Shown: one piece after another, positions 1 to 11,879 of the stretch
Numbering within the stretch: position 1 is the first letter of the stretch
How the letters are laid out: every line of letters starts with the position of its first letter
NCBI RefSeq assembly: GCF_036321535.1
Contig: NC_087437.1
Span: forward strand, 16,556,001-16,620,000
Direction: 5' to 3'
Origin: Camelus dromedarius
Lineage: Eukaryota
Length of the DNA stretch: 64,000 bases
Program-made: the position numbers and the translations under genes
Notes under the pieces: generated by a model
Seen by the model: only the letters and a program-made list of their open reading frames with translations
Databases searched by the model: none
What the model was told of the DNA's origin: nothing

Positions 1-884
1 GAAGCCAGAGACACAAAGAGGGAGGTGGGGGGATGGGTGGGGATCAGGTTATCAGGTTCAAGACAGGCTAGAGCAAAGCTTCAGCCCAACTGAGCATCTT
101 CAAAGTCAGTCATTCCCGTAAGTACAGTTCTGCGTCATGTTCAACCTCATGATTTCCAGCAATGACCCATGAACCATACTTAAAGCAGCAATTATTCTCT
201 GAGAATAAAGGGCTGGGCAGTTATCCGTCTCTTCCAGCAAACACGTCTCATTTTCCTGATGTACTTTTCCAGGGCTGTGCCTGACAGTGCTTCTGAAGCA
301 AGTACTCGGGGTGGCCGTGCCCAGCCAGCGGGGGCAGCAGGGGAGAATTAAACTCAGCCAACTGCAGCAGGCAGGGAGTTCCACCACGTTGCCCTGACTA
401 CTAATGGGCAGAGCTTGGAAGACATAGATGGAGATGGCTGAGGTCAATGGGTAATAAAATCCTAGTTAAAGGCTGGTTTTTCTCTACTTCATTTCTGCTG
501 ATATAAACACGAGAAAAAAAGAAAAAGAAAATTGGAAGGCAGATTCCCTTAGAGACGTGCCAGGCAGGCACTGCAGAGTCTAAGCATAAGGACCTGGGCT
601 GAACTGAGGGTCAAACCAGGACATATCAAGAGCCCCAAAGAGCCTGCTCAGAAGTGATGCCCTCAAAACACAAACCAAAGGCATGGGTAAGGAAAGACCA
701 AGCTTCTTCTGAGCACCTACTGTGTGCAGAGTTTAGCCCTAGGAAGAAGATAGAAACAGAAGCTGTAAGGGACAATATAGACCCTGGCCATTCTGTTCAG
801 CCTTAAATCTCATCTCTGACATTCACTGCCCAAGGAAACTGGACTCAGATGCCAGATACCAGCCCTGAGGCTGATGTGTGATGG

Positions 885-990
885 AGACATTCCTCACTTC
901 ACAGGGTTGTTGGGTGATCAAGGAGATGATAAGCATAAAGGAGCTAGCATCGCCCTGGCTTGGGGTAAGCACTGAATGAATGGCAGCCCA
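885..990 (+). mobile_element. MIR SINE, 3' part
   Basis: cctcacttcacagggttgttgggtgatcaaggagatgataagcataaag...ccctggcttggggtaagcactgaatgaatggcagc resembles the MIR 3' half. Confidence 0.7.
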
Positions 991-1019
991 TAATAATAAC
1001 TGACGTCATGGTGCCCTTA

Positions 1020-1225
1020 CTCGATGCCAGCACCATTCTCAATGCTTTACACACATCTCCTAACAGTCCGACGGGACAGCTACTGCTACATACCCATTTT
1101 ACAAATGAGGAAGCAAGACCCAGAGTCGTTAAGTAACCTCCCCAAGATCACACAGGTGGTAGGTAGTCGAGCCAGGGCTTTGCACCCAGGTCCTCTGGCT
1201 CCAGAACCTGGGCTCTCCAACCACA
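1020..1225 (-). mobile_element. MIR SINE
   Basis: MIR core reverse-complemented: cccattttacaaatgaggaagcaagacccagagtcgttaagtaacctccccaagatcacacag. Confidence 0.85.
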
Positions 1226-1764
1226 TCAACAATGCAGATGAGTCATCCAAATGGGAGGGGCAGAAATATTGACAGACCATTTACATAGCTATACATACGC
1301 ACACACAAATAATAGTTCTGGAAGGAAACGCCATTTAAAAATTGTAACACTGTTTGCTTCTGGGGAAGGGAAAGGCAAAGAAGGGAGAATTTTTACTGTA
1401 TATTTACTGTGGATTTTGAACCACGGGAAGGCAGTGCCTGTTTTTAAAAATGAATAAATTAAATTAAAATTTAAAAATAGAGGAGCAGGGCAGGAGAAGC
1501 CACTTTCAATATGTTTATTTCAAGCATTCGCTGAATGTGAAGGACCGGCCGCCTGCTCACTAGTCCCTGACGTGACCGTGGAGGGGCGGGCCCATGGACG
1601 GGTGTTGAATGTGAACACATGTGAGTTTAAGGTGCTTCACAGGCCCAGAGGAGGATGGCAGAGATTCTGTACATAGAGAAGAAGTGCGGGAGGCTTCACA
1701 GAGGAGGGATTTCTGAGCTGAGATCTTTCTAGAACCCATGGCGTTGAGTCAAGTCATACATAAA

Positions 1765-1950
1765 ACAATAATGGCACATGTGATGAGCCCTTACTGCCAG
1801 GCACTGTGCTAGGCCCTCCATACAGATGAGCCAACTGAATTCAACATCCTCATGAGGTGGGAACCATTATCATCGTCCCCCTTTCATTTCCAGACGCAGA
1901 ATTGAGGTTTAAAGAGGTCGAGTAACTGCCCAAGGGCACAGAGCCGGATG
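1765..1950 (-). mobile_element. MIR SINE
   Basis: tgccaggcactgtgctagg...cagacgcagaattgaggtttaaagaggtcgagtaactgcccaagggcacagagc. Confidence 0.8.
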
Positions 1951-3239
1951 ATACAGCTGGGAGGTGAAGACAGCCTTCACCAGAAGCCACTGCCCCCTGT
2001 CACCCTCATCCCCCAGTGGCAGCTCCTAGGGAGACTGAGGCGGCCCGTGAATGCAGGTGTGGTCCCTGCTGGGAGTCTAGGCAGCAGATGGATTGTGGCC
2101 AGACTCACTGTCAGGGAGGGGATACCAGGTGCAGGGTCAAACCCCTCCCTGAGTTCCCACTGTGTGATGTCAGGGCCAATTTTTCTAGGCTTTCATTTCT
2201 GCTCCTGCAGAGCGAGAAGATAAAAGGGATGCTTTCTAAACACCCTCACTGCTTATGCTACAAAGAAAGCAATTTCTGGTTGCTTTATAGGCTTTCTGAC
2301 TATAGGCCTGATGAGTTCTGGCCTTGGAAAACTCATCTGATTCTGGGCCTGCATCCTCAGCTCTGCAGCTGTCCCTCCTTCCTGCCCTGAGCAGCACCCA
2401 CTGGGTGCAAAGAACTGAGCTGGCTGCAAAAGAAAGAGAAGGCCTGGACCCTGTGCTGGTGGGAAGGTGGGAGTGCAAGGGACTCATTGTCTAAATGAGA
2501 AAAGAACATCCACAGAAAATGCTGCAAAGTCACCTGGCTGCATGCGAACACACTCCAAGTGGTACCCACCAGGCTGAGGCTAAAGCCCCATCTGTGCTTT
2601 CCGGAACACTCAGGTGATGCTCTACAGTGGAGCTTTGAGTATAATTTGGAAGGTAAGAACCAGGCTTTGGTGAGGATAAGCAGGAGGACATCACAGGGGG
2701 GAGTGGGAATGACAAAGAGAAAGACAAGCCCTGGGCCCTACTCTGAGGTGGAACAGAGAGTCTGTGCTGGCGCTGGACGTGAGAGCATCTTGATGACACC
2801 GGCCTGCAAGGAGGCAGACAGGGCAACTGAAGGCAGGAGTGAGGAGCTTTGGGCTCAACAGAAAAGAGAACAGACAGGCATGGCAGGTTCTCCAGAGCAG
2901 TAATAGCTTCATAAGAATCACCTGAAAGATTATTTAAGAGCTATTCATGTCCTAAATGGCGACAATCAAAGTATCTGAGCCGAAACCCAAGGCAAATGAT
3001 CTCATCACAAAAGAAATATTTGAAATTGGGAAAGTATATAGTGAACACATCTTCTGCTTCCTTCTCTGTTCAAGATTCTTTCACATCAGCATTTCCAAAA
3101 GCAGCTTTTATAGAATACCCATTCTATAAAAATGGTATGAAAATAGATGTGATATTATTTTTTTTAAAGTCCCAGTAGAAGTGATTAACAAACTACAAAC
3201 CGGACACTTAACGGTTTTAAATGATCCACGTCCTTCTCT

Positions 3240-3392
3240 CCACAGCCCAGGAGGCAGGTCCCATGAACATTCCCATTTCACAGATGGGAACACTGGAGCA
3301 CAGGCAGAATTAGTAACTTGCCCAAGACCACCATGAAGGAGCACAATTTATTCCAAGGAGTCTGGCTCCCAACACTGTGCCCCTAACCATCA
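3240..3392 (-). mobile_element. MIR SINE
   Basis: cccatttcacagatgggaacactggagcacaggcagaattagtaacttgcccaagacc. Confidence 0.8.
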
Positions 3393-4499
3393 GGCTAGGC
3401 CACCTGCCACAGTTTAGAAGCACCCATTTAAATAAAATTCAACAGTTTCCTTTCCCGTGGGACTTCTCAAAGGCTTTCACCCATTCTTCCTCCCTCCTGC
3501 CCACTTCAGCTGTGACCCAAAGGAGATCGAGGGAGCCTGGGGGTGGCTGACGATGTGAACAACCCCATGAGGCACCACTAAGAGTAGCAGGAGATGGTAC
3601 CACTGCCCCTCCCCCCAGGGCAGGCCACTTCATGGTGAACATAGGGAGTCAGAGAAGGAGAAGACAGGTCATGCGGGAGAGGAGGGCCACCATGAACATT
3701 CTGGGCCCACAGGAAGAGGTGAGAGATGGGGGCGCTGAAGCTGTAACCCTTTCTCTGGGTGACCCTCTTTCTTGTGACCAGGGGAAGGCACTGTTCCTCT
3801 GGTTGCTAGACTGAGGGGACGTCGCAGAAGTTCCAGACCCCATGGCTGTGTGGAGGAACAGAGTGGCGGTAAGGTGGGCAGGGGAGGACACTATTTACCA
3901 CCCAGTACAGAAATACATAACTATTTTAATAACCAGCCCTGGTGGCCATCCCGTTTTACATCTCCTCCACTCTTGACCATTTCCAAAACTCATTTCTCCT
4001 TAGTCTTATCTGATTGACAGGACAACTCTGGAATCTCAGCAGGGCTGGCTGCATCATCCTCATTTTGCAGATTAGGAGCAACTGGGGAGTAAAAGAACTG
4101 GTTCTGGGAATGAAGTCTGAATCCGGTGCCCACAGTATTGCTGCAGTACTGAGGTTGCTCCCAGCCCCGAGTTTTGTCCTCAACTGGGGCGTGATCGCCT
4201 TATAGGATGCCGTGGGCCCAAGGCGTGTGCAGTTCAGCCCCACCCTTGCCACGTTCTAGTTGTGTGACCCAAACAGGTCCTTTCATTCCTCAGAATACCA
4301 TGCCCTCTCCTGTGAGATATGTGCACTGGTACCCAAATCATAAAGAGGTTGTGAAGATTAAACAGGTAATTTCAGAACTGCCCCCCACCCAAGACCTGAC
4401 ACACACACAAAGTAATCGTGCACACCTGCATTCCCTCTCTGAGCCAAGGCCACGTTCACAAACGGGAAGCCCTCAGTGGACAGGAGGAGGCAGAGGCTA

Positions 4500-4960
4500 T
4501 ATCTGCTCAGCCTGACTGGCCCCTCTGGCAGCAGCAGCCCAAAGGTCCTTTGGGAACTGGTCTACCTTCAGGGGCACCTGCCCTCACACAACTGGCTGCG
4601 AGTGAGCATGTGACCTGGGCAGCCAACCAGAGCTTCCTATCCCAAGGCCAAAGTTATTGGTTCAGAGATGGACACGTGACCCAAACCCAGCCACTGAGAT
4701 TCAGTTTGGGTTTTGCGTGAAAATTATAGGTACAGAGAAGTCCTCATTCTACCGGGCTTGACGCTGGGAGGGTATAAACCTGGGCATATCCTCCTAGAAA
4801 CCCCCGCACAGACAGAGCCTGCATGTGATCCACAGCAAGGGGGACAGAGCTGGGAGACAGAAAGCCCGCATCGCATCAGCACTGTCTGAGTTCTTCACGC
4901 AGCTGCACCCGGCTCTGCTTTACGTGTGTTAAGATGTGCGTTTTTACTTAACTCGGCTAA
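4500..4960 (+). mobile_element. Old ERVL-class solo LTR fragment (LTR33/LTR16-like)
   Basis: gagcatgtgacctgggcagccaaccagagc...attggttcagagatggacacgtgacccaaacccagccactgagattcag resembles LTR33-type consensus; termini not identified. Confidence 0.55.
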
Positions 4961-5119
4961 ATAAATTCCATGATCCTATAAATCTGAAATGAAAAGGGTT
5001 AGCACTGGGCAGGGGGTGTTGAGGGCAAGGGGAGTGGGCAGGGCCTATCCACAGGTAAGCAAAGACAGGATACTAGGGACCTGCAACTCGCGATTTTCTG
5101 ATGTGCCAAGTACCCTACC

Positions 5120-5390
5120 TAAACATACACACAAACATCACACGTCACACACTCCCCCACCCACAAACACCACACACACCCATGGCCCCCCCACTCGCCC
5201 CACTCACATACACACACACAAACCATAGACACATCCACTCAGACCCCTTATACACACCCTCAGACTCACACTCACACATCACATACACACAGACCATGCA
5301 CACACAACCCCACGGACCCGTATACACACACACTCACACATGTACACCACACACACACAAGTACCACACACACACACACACACATACACA
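5120..5390. repeat. Degenerate (CA)n-rich low-complexity tract
   Basis: About 270 bp of interrupted CA runs ending in a near-pure (CA)n at ~5366-5390; it generates the His/Thr- and Cys/Val-rich ORFs in the track. Confidence 0.95.
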
Positions 5391-5717
5391 GCTCTGGCCC
5401 TGGAGACACGTTAACCAGGACAAGCCCTCTCCAGTTCTGTCTTGCCGGGGCCTCCGGCCCCGCCCACAGCCCCCCACAGCGATGCCCCGCCCCAGGCCTG
5501 TGGTTGTCCCCCTGCAGGCCCTGCCCCCTCGCTCCCCGCCCACCCTGCCCGCCCTCAGCCCCACAGAACAGCCCCCCTACGTCAGAAAGGCGGCCCTGAC
5601 TCATCCCGCTCTGTCCTGCCAAGTTCCCGTCACCACTGGGCTATTTTGCACTTCCACAGAAGGAATAATTCACACTTGCACCCTGTGTGGTTTCTACGTA
5701 TTTTAACGTTATTTTAG

Positions 5718-5860
5718 AGGCAGCATGTTGAAGAGGGTGAAGAGGCTGGAGGCAGACCAGGCTGGGTTCAAATCCCACTGCACCCTGAGCCGCTCTGGGA
5801 CTTTGTGCAAGTTAAACCCACACTCTGGCCCACGGGTCCCCCATCTCGAGCTGAGGGGAT
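5718..5860 (+). mobile_element. MIR SINE, 5' part
   Basis: ggcagcatg...ctggaggcagaccaggctgggttcaaatcccactgc (B-box-like) ...ctttgtgcaagttaaac. Confidence 0.75.
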
Positions 5861-6559
5861 TTGACCACTCCCCACTTCCATCCTTCTGAGCCTCTTAGTA
5901 GGAAAGAAAGAGAGGGTGTGGAAGCTCTTGTGAAACAGAGAAGAACTGCCATGGCAGTGGTGAGGATGGGGACAGTGAGGCAGGATGGCGACCTCTGGAG
6001 GCTCTCTGCCATCCTCCTTCCCCATCCCTCTCCAGGCAGTTTCCTCCCCTGGGCGTGTTGAGGAGCCTGTCAGGAGGCTGCCGGGTTCAGAGCTGGCTCA
6101 AGCCACCACATTCTGTGAAGCCCGAGGCCTGGGGAGCTGCTGACTCGTGGCCACCCGGTGGTGCTGGAAGGCTGAGCTCCCCTCTCAAAACCTGTGTGGG
6201 TTGGATCCTTGGAGCCCAGGAAACCCACAGGAACTGGAAGGAGACACTTCCACCTTCTGCACTTCACGTTACCGGCTCCCCATTCAGAAGGTAGGAATTG
6301 TCCACGTGAAGAGAGCACACGTTCCCTGTGACTTTTGTCTGGAAAGAGGTGGTCACATTTCCGGCCAAGGAGATGAAGACACCAGCCACCTATTGCAGAA
6401 ATGACCAGCTGGTGCTCTCCCAGGGATCCGCGACTGGAGGGGGGCCCTTGGTATCCCTTCTGGGGAAGGAGCAGACCACATCCAGAAAGGGTGCCGCTGA
6501 TACTCTGGGCTGGAGGAAGGGGACCCTGGTTCTCAAGTGTGTCTGCATTCATAACCATT

Positions 6560-6860
6560 CATGCACTGATTCCTCCGTCTCTTCATTCAACAAACAAGTA
6601 TTGGGTGCCTGCTCTGAGCCGGCATTGTGCTGGGAGCTTGGGGTACAAAAATCAGATACGTCCTGGTTCTCTGTTGGAAGAAAGTCCACCTGTAGTGAGG
6701 GAGGTGGATAATTAAATCAACCGCTGTGAAGTGACGTGGTGCGCATTGTCCCAAAGTAGGAACGTGGGAGGGGGCTACCCTAGCCTCGGGGATTCAGGGT
6801 AGACTTGGGGGAGGGAGCTAAGGTTTGAACTGAGCCAGAAGTTTGAGGTAGCTAAGGGTG
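6560..6860 (-). mobile_element. L2 LINE 3' end
   Basis: ttcattcaacaaacaagtattgggtgcctgctctgagccggcattgtgctgggagcttgggg is the typical reverse-complemented L2 tail. Confidence 0.75.
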
Positions 6861-7313
6861 GAGTGGAAAGAGATAAAGAATAAATAAATAAAAAGAGACT
6901 CCTTCCCTGAGGGAATTCTAATCTAATCTTGCTGAGTAGGAGCCGTGAAATGAGGAAGAGGAGGAGGCCTCAGACTCAGAGCAGAAGCTGGGGAGTCCAA
7001 GAGAACAAAATTAATGGAGGATCCCCAAGTAGGTTATGATGCCCGGAGAGAAGGGGCCCCTGAGACAGGCGGGAAGGAGGCCGGCGGCCCTGCCCCTGTG
7101 CACAGGGCCTTGTGCGCTGAGTGAGCCGAGGAGTCTGGCCTTTACCCCAAATGCAGGGGAGGCTGGTGTGAAGGAGCAGATAGACAGAAAATTTCCAAGC
7201 AGTGGTTGTTGAGAATCAGGGGCACTGTTAGACGTCACCAAATCAGGAGGCAGGAACAGGATGCAGTAAAACCAGGGGTTAATAATCTGGTGGAAAGCAC
7301 AGGAAAAACCCAC

Positions 7314-8957
7314 TGAGGAAATAAAAACTCCTATTTTAAGGCAAGAGAAGAAAACTTCAGACATAAAATTCTTCTCTGCCCGTTCGGGCCTCCTCCCTCC
7401 CCGCTCGAGGGCACAATGTATCTGCACTTTTTATTGATCAAAATCCCCAATGGCAGAAATACCTGCTCAACCATAAAGATCAATTTTTCCTCGTCTGGCA
7501 CCAGCCGTGTTGTAACTCTTCAGATGATAACATTCCTTTCTCGATCCTGTAAGGGGTCACGATGACCCACCACTCACCTTGTACGTGCAGACCATCTTCA
7601 GTGAACTTGATGGACAATGCCGATTTATCATTTCCTTTAAAGATGGAGGTTGGTGTGGAACAGACTGAGTCGGATGGCCTGGGGAGATACTGGGCCTCAC
7701 CTAATGGAAATTCTTAGTTTAAATACTTCCTTATGACCTTGTTAATGTGACTTGCTATATTACTTGTGTCCTGCCTGTTTTTACAAGATTATTGTTTCCG
7801 GCATTACCAAATGGGTGAGGGAGCCTCCAGTAAAATGAATGATGTCTAGGTGACTTGCAACAATTGACCAAATGTATAGTTCTGTAAGATCAATGGCTGT
7901 AATAGTGTAACTTTAGATCTGGGAAGAACAAGAGGGAGCCATTTCCTGGACCATAATGGACTAGTAAGACAGGGGGTCCAGAGCATTTTGGCTCCTGTTA
8001 GCAGAGCCTAGTCCTGTAATAGCACATCAAGTTGCTTATCGACAAATATGAACTCAGTTTCTTGCAACTCCCCATACTTAGAAAAGAACTAAAGCCATTA
8101 ACAAAGATACCTGTTCCTCATGGATAGCAGTAGACTTCTACCAAGGTGTCTGCTTGTGAGACAGGAAGGATGGGGGCAGGGCACGGCCACTGAAGGAATG
8201 ACACAGCAAGTAACACCAAAATGGTGGAAAATTCAACTCCCAACAGACCTTGGGTGTCAAGATGGCGGGAGATTTGACTTCTAGCAGAACTTCAGCTTCA
8301 TTATACACTCATTGTAATATACTAACATGGCAAATGACACTCCCACAGGCACCATGACAGCTTCAGGCTGATTCATAAAAGGTCAAAAATTAGGGGATGG
8401 CCCAATTCCTGGGAATCCCAGCCCCTTCCCCAAAAAGGAGTTGGAATAATCCTCCAACTTGTTAGCATATGAAGCTACCCAGCCCATAAAAACTAGCAAC
8501 ACCGCGCCTGTCGCCTCTCGCTCCCTCATCTTCTGAGACAGCCTGCACTCTGTCTATGGAGTGTGTATCTATTGAGCACCCGTCGCCCACACCTCGTGGC
8601 CTTTCTCTTACCTTCTGAAACAGCCTGCACTCTATGGAATATGTATCTCTGAATAAATCTACCTTTGGTCAACTGTGGCTCGCTCTTGAATTCTTTCCTG
8701 CGCGAAGCCAAGGACCCACACTCGGTGGGGCATATCCCAGGGACTCATGGGGGCCCTCCTCTCACCTGATATTTATTTTTCCTGTATCACTTGATTGCAT
8801 GAAACCCTTCTCCAAATTCAGATATGCTGGCTTCCCCCAGCTTTTCAGAACCGCTCTTAGAGCTCTCTCAGATGGTCTCCCAGGTTACAATCCTCAGGTT
8901 GGCGCCAATAAAATATCTTTCTTAAATTGACTCTTGACTAAATTTTTTTCATCCACA
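7314..8957 (+). mobile_element. ERV1-class solo LTR (~1.0 kb net), interrupted by a second LTR
   Basis: TG...CA termini (TGAGGAAA at 7314, ...ATCCACA at 8957); identical 4-bp TSD CCAC at 7310-7313 and 8958-8961; AATAAA about 45 bp before the 3' end. Confidence 0.85.
8157..8789 (+). mobile_element. MER41-like ERV1 solo LTR (633 bp), nested
   Basis: TGAGACAGG...CCTGTATCA termini; 4-bp TSD CTTG at 8153-8156 and 8790-8793; gaataaatct...gctcttgaattctttcctgcgcgaagccaaggacc resembles MER41-type R/U5. Confidence 0.85.
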
Positions 8958-9056
8958 CCACTTTCCTGGTTTGCCTCCCACATCTGGAACCTCTCCTCTT
9001 TCCTTTCTTCCTTTACTGACCTCTGACTTTTCGTTTTCCTTAGGATTCTAGCCTAG

Positions 9057-9530
9057 CTGGTGGTTCTCAAAGTGTGGGCCTGGAACCAGCAGCAGGGAGC
9101 TTGTTAGAAAGAAGTTAGAGGCTCCCCACCAGGCCTGCTGAACCAGAAACTCTAGGGGTGAGGGGCCCAGCAGTCTGTGCTTACAAGCCCTCCAGGTGAT
9201 TCTGGTGCTCATTCAAATTTGAGGACTGATTCATACCAACCATGGCTGCACAAAAGAATCACCTAGGAAGCTGTTTAAATAAATAAATAAGGCCTGGGCC
9301 ACACACAGGCCAATTGAATCAGAGCCTGAGGACAAGGGATTCTAAAGAGCACAGATGGTTGAGAGACAACCACTGGCCTAGAGCAGCGTTTTCCTGGCTT
9401 TAATGTGCAAACGCACCCCCTGGGGCCTCGTTAAAGTGCAGAATGTGATGCTACCGGCCTGGATGGGGCCCAAGATTCTGCGTTTCTAATAAAGAGATGC
9501 CAGTGCTGCTGGTCTACAAACACATTTGGA
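9057..9530. mobile_element. Cluster of about three MER5-family hAT-Charlie MITEs
   Basis: gtggttctcaaagtgtgg...ccagaaactctaggggtg...acaagccctccaggtgattctg (~9057-9227), a MER5B-like piece (~9230-9375) and an inverted copy (~9383-9530). Confidence 0.75.
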
Positions 9531-10324
9531 GGCCTGTAAGGAGGGTCTGCCTTCCCAGTCTCCTTGGACTGTCAGCTGTAACTGCCACCTGTATGTCAGT
9601 AACACTCACCACACATGTAGTCCCCCTGAATCTTGAGCTCCTAGCCTGTAAGGAGGATTCCCAGTTGAAGACCCTACCCAAGCCTCCAGCTCAATGCTTC
9701 CCAAATTGACCTTGCCCTGTCCACCTTCCCCCAAGTTCTACCTACCCTTGGTGTTCACTGTCTCAGTGAGTCAATCGGGTCGTCCAAACCAGGCAAGACG
9801 GTGTCCCGAAGCCATAGTAAGACAAAGGTTTAAGAAGACATCACCCAAAATGGGCAACCCAAATCCCCGGGGAATTTGTTCCATTCCCCTTACCTGGGAA
9901 CTGCAGCCCCCTAAAGGACCACCCCCTCCTGTATTGTGGAGTTTCCAAGAGAGGCCTTGGATGCGCTCTGCCAAGCCCCAGGGGGCTCTGTCACTGCTCA
10001 GGGTGATGACAAATCAAAAGGCCATTGGATGGGCGACGGGGAGGTTTCCATGTTACTCTGAGGGAAGCTGACAATGACAGCTATCTTTAACTTAATCATG
10101 CTTTCTGGTGAGGCCAGCACTGAGCTCAGACTCCCAGGCTCTGTAGGATTTTGAGGGTGGCCTGCAGGTGGCCCCACTAGCCCAGCACCTTGCAACTCTG
10201 AGCGAGCAGCAGTGTCAGTGAATGGCCTCCTGGCCCTCCTCCACCCAGTGCCTCTCACCCTCTCCACGCGCAGGCTTAGGAGCCCTCCTTAAGGCCCCCT
10301 TTTCTAGGGTCTTGACCTGGTCTC

Positions 10325-10776
10325 TGTATTAGTTTCCTGGGGCTGCTGTAAATTACACAAACAAGGTGGCTTTAAACGACAAATGTATTATCTCACTGTT
10401 CTGGAAGCCAGAAGTCCAAAGTCAAGGTGTCTGCCAGGCCACACACCATCTGAAGGCTCTAGGAGGAACCTTCCTGGCTTTTTCCAGTTCTGGTGCCTCC
10501 TGGCATTTCTTGGATGTGGTGGCATAACTCCAGTCCCTGCCCCGCTCCTCATATGGCCTTCTTCATTTGTCTGCCTCTCAAAGCATCCTTTTCTTTCTCT
10601 TATAAGGACACTAGTCATTGGATTTAGAGCTCACTCTAAATCCAGGATGATGTTGTCTAAGATTCTTGAGTTAATTACATCTACAAAGACCCTATTTCCA
10701 AGTAAGGTCACCTTCATAAATACTAGACATAAGGACTTGGATATATCTGTTGAGGGACAAAATACAGTCCACTCCA
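10325..10776 (-). mobile_element. MaLR solo LTR (MLT1C-like)
   Basis: tgtattagtttcctggggctgctgt...ttctggaagccagaagtccaaagtcaaggtg...ttataaggacactagtcattggatttag...caaagaccctatttccaagtaaggtcac. Confidence 0.85.
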
Positions 10777-10919
10777 TCTCTGTTAAAACATGGTGGCCAG
10801 AAGAGAGCTCAATACTCTGCTTCCCAGGTAAGAGTAAAAGGGTCCAGAGGGAGGACCCTCACTTCCTGGGAGCTGAACGCCATCTTATTAAGGCAGCCTA
10901 AAATCGTGTCCCTTCATTC

Positions 10920-11175
10920 TCACTTCTTATCACCTCTTATTGATCTTATTACCAGCAAACTGCCTTCAGACAAGGTCTTCCCCACCTGGCACTTGTGCAA
11001 TTGATGCTTTCAAACCTAAGTATAAAAGCTTACATACTTCTCTATTAACTTTCATCTTATTGGTTTCAACCCCACATTTTAACCTGTCAAAATCACTTTG
11101 AACTACTATTGTATCTTCAATTGTAGAATCTTCCTTTCCAACTTTCTATTATCCACAAATTCAATAAGCATGTCT
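10920..11175 (-). mobile_element. L3/CR1 LINE reverse transcriptase remnant
   Basis: Minus-strand translation with one frameshift: DMLIEFVDNRKL / IEDTIVVQSDFDRLKCGVETNKMKVNREVCKLLYLG, matching the CR1 pattern LIKFADDTKL...IQxDLDRLxxWAxxNxMxFNxxKCKVLHLG. Confidence 0.8.
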
Positions 11176-11344
11176 GAGGCCTGCAGCAGGGAAGAAAGCC
11201 TAGGCTCGGGAGCTGGGGAGCTACACATGACACCTAACCTTCGGCATGGCTATGGGAAAGTTCTGTAACTTCTCCGGATCTCAACAAGATGAACGCTAAA
11301 GTCCCTGCTAGCTCTAAATCCTACAAATAGTGAAGTATTCAAGA

Positions 11345-11700
11345 GTCTAGCCCTGGAGGCAAACTCTCTTGTTTTAAAGCCCAGTTCTGCCGCTTGATTA
11401 TCTGATGTATGAACTTGAACAAGCCACATAGCTTCCCTGTGCATCAGTTTTCTCACCAGTAAAATGGGTGATATTATAATATCAGTATATTATAACAATA
11501 TAAGCACATAATTTAAGTATATAGTATATAGGTTTATATTATATAGAGGTATTTAATTATAATAAAGTATAAAGTATATGATAAATATAATAGTATCTAT
11601 CTCATGAGCTCATTAGGAGAGTAAATGGATGAATTTATGTAAAGTGCTAAACTCATGCCTGGCATATAAACAAGTTCAGTGAATGGTAGCTAGTTTATTC
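11345..11700 (+). mobile_element. MIR SINE with internal AT-rich expansion
   Basis: MIR 5' half to ...tcagttttctcaccagtaaaatggg (11468), ~125 bp AT-rich insert, then MIR resumes tatctatctcatgag...tgtaaagtgct...tgcctggcata. Confidence 0.8.
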
Positions 11701-11879
11701 AAGACAAAGAAAAAAAAATTAACAAAAAAGGACCAGGATAGAATAAGATAGAGTCAAAGATTGAATCCTATAAAAGTTCTCTGGAAGTGCAGTGGCCGAT
11801 GCCCTGGTTTTAGAGGAACAGTCCTGGTTTACCCCTGTGGTCCCAGCATAGTTGTTAACAGTGCCCTGGGCCAGACACG

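Noticed and set aside
1001..1008. Perfect CRE TGACGTCA (also at 17280-17287)
   Set aside because: Isolated 8-mers, one between two MIRs and one inside an old L1, with no other promoter context
5101..5706. 201-aa His/Thr/Pro-rich ORF and overlapping Cys/Val-rich antisense ORFs
   Set aside because: Artefact of translating the CA-rich and C-rich low-complexity tract, which lacks stop codons
10383..10901. 172-aa ORF
   Set aside because: Lies mostly within a MaLR LTR on its antisense strand; such frames are commonly mis-annotated as hypothetical proteins
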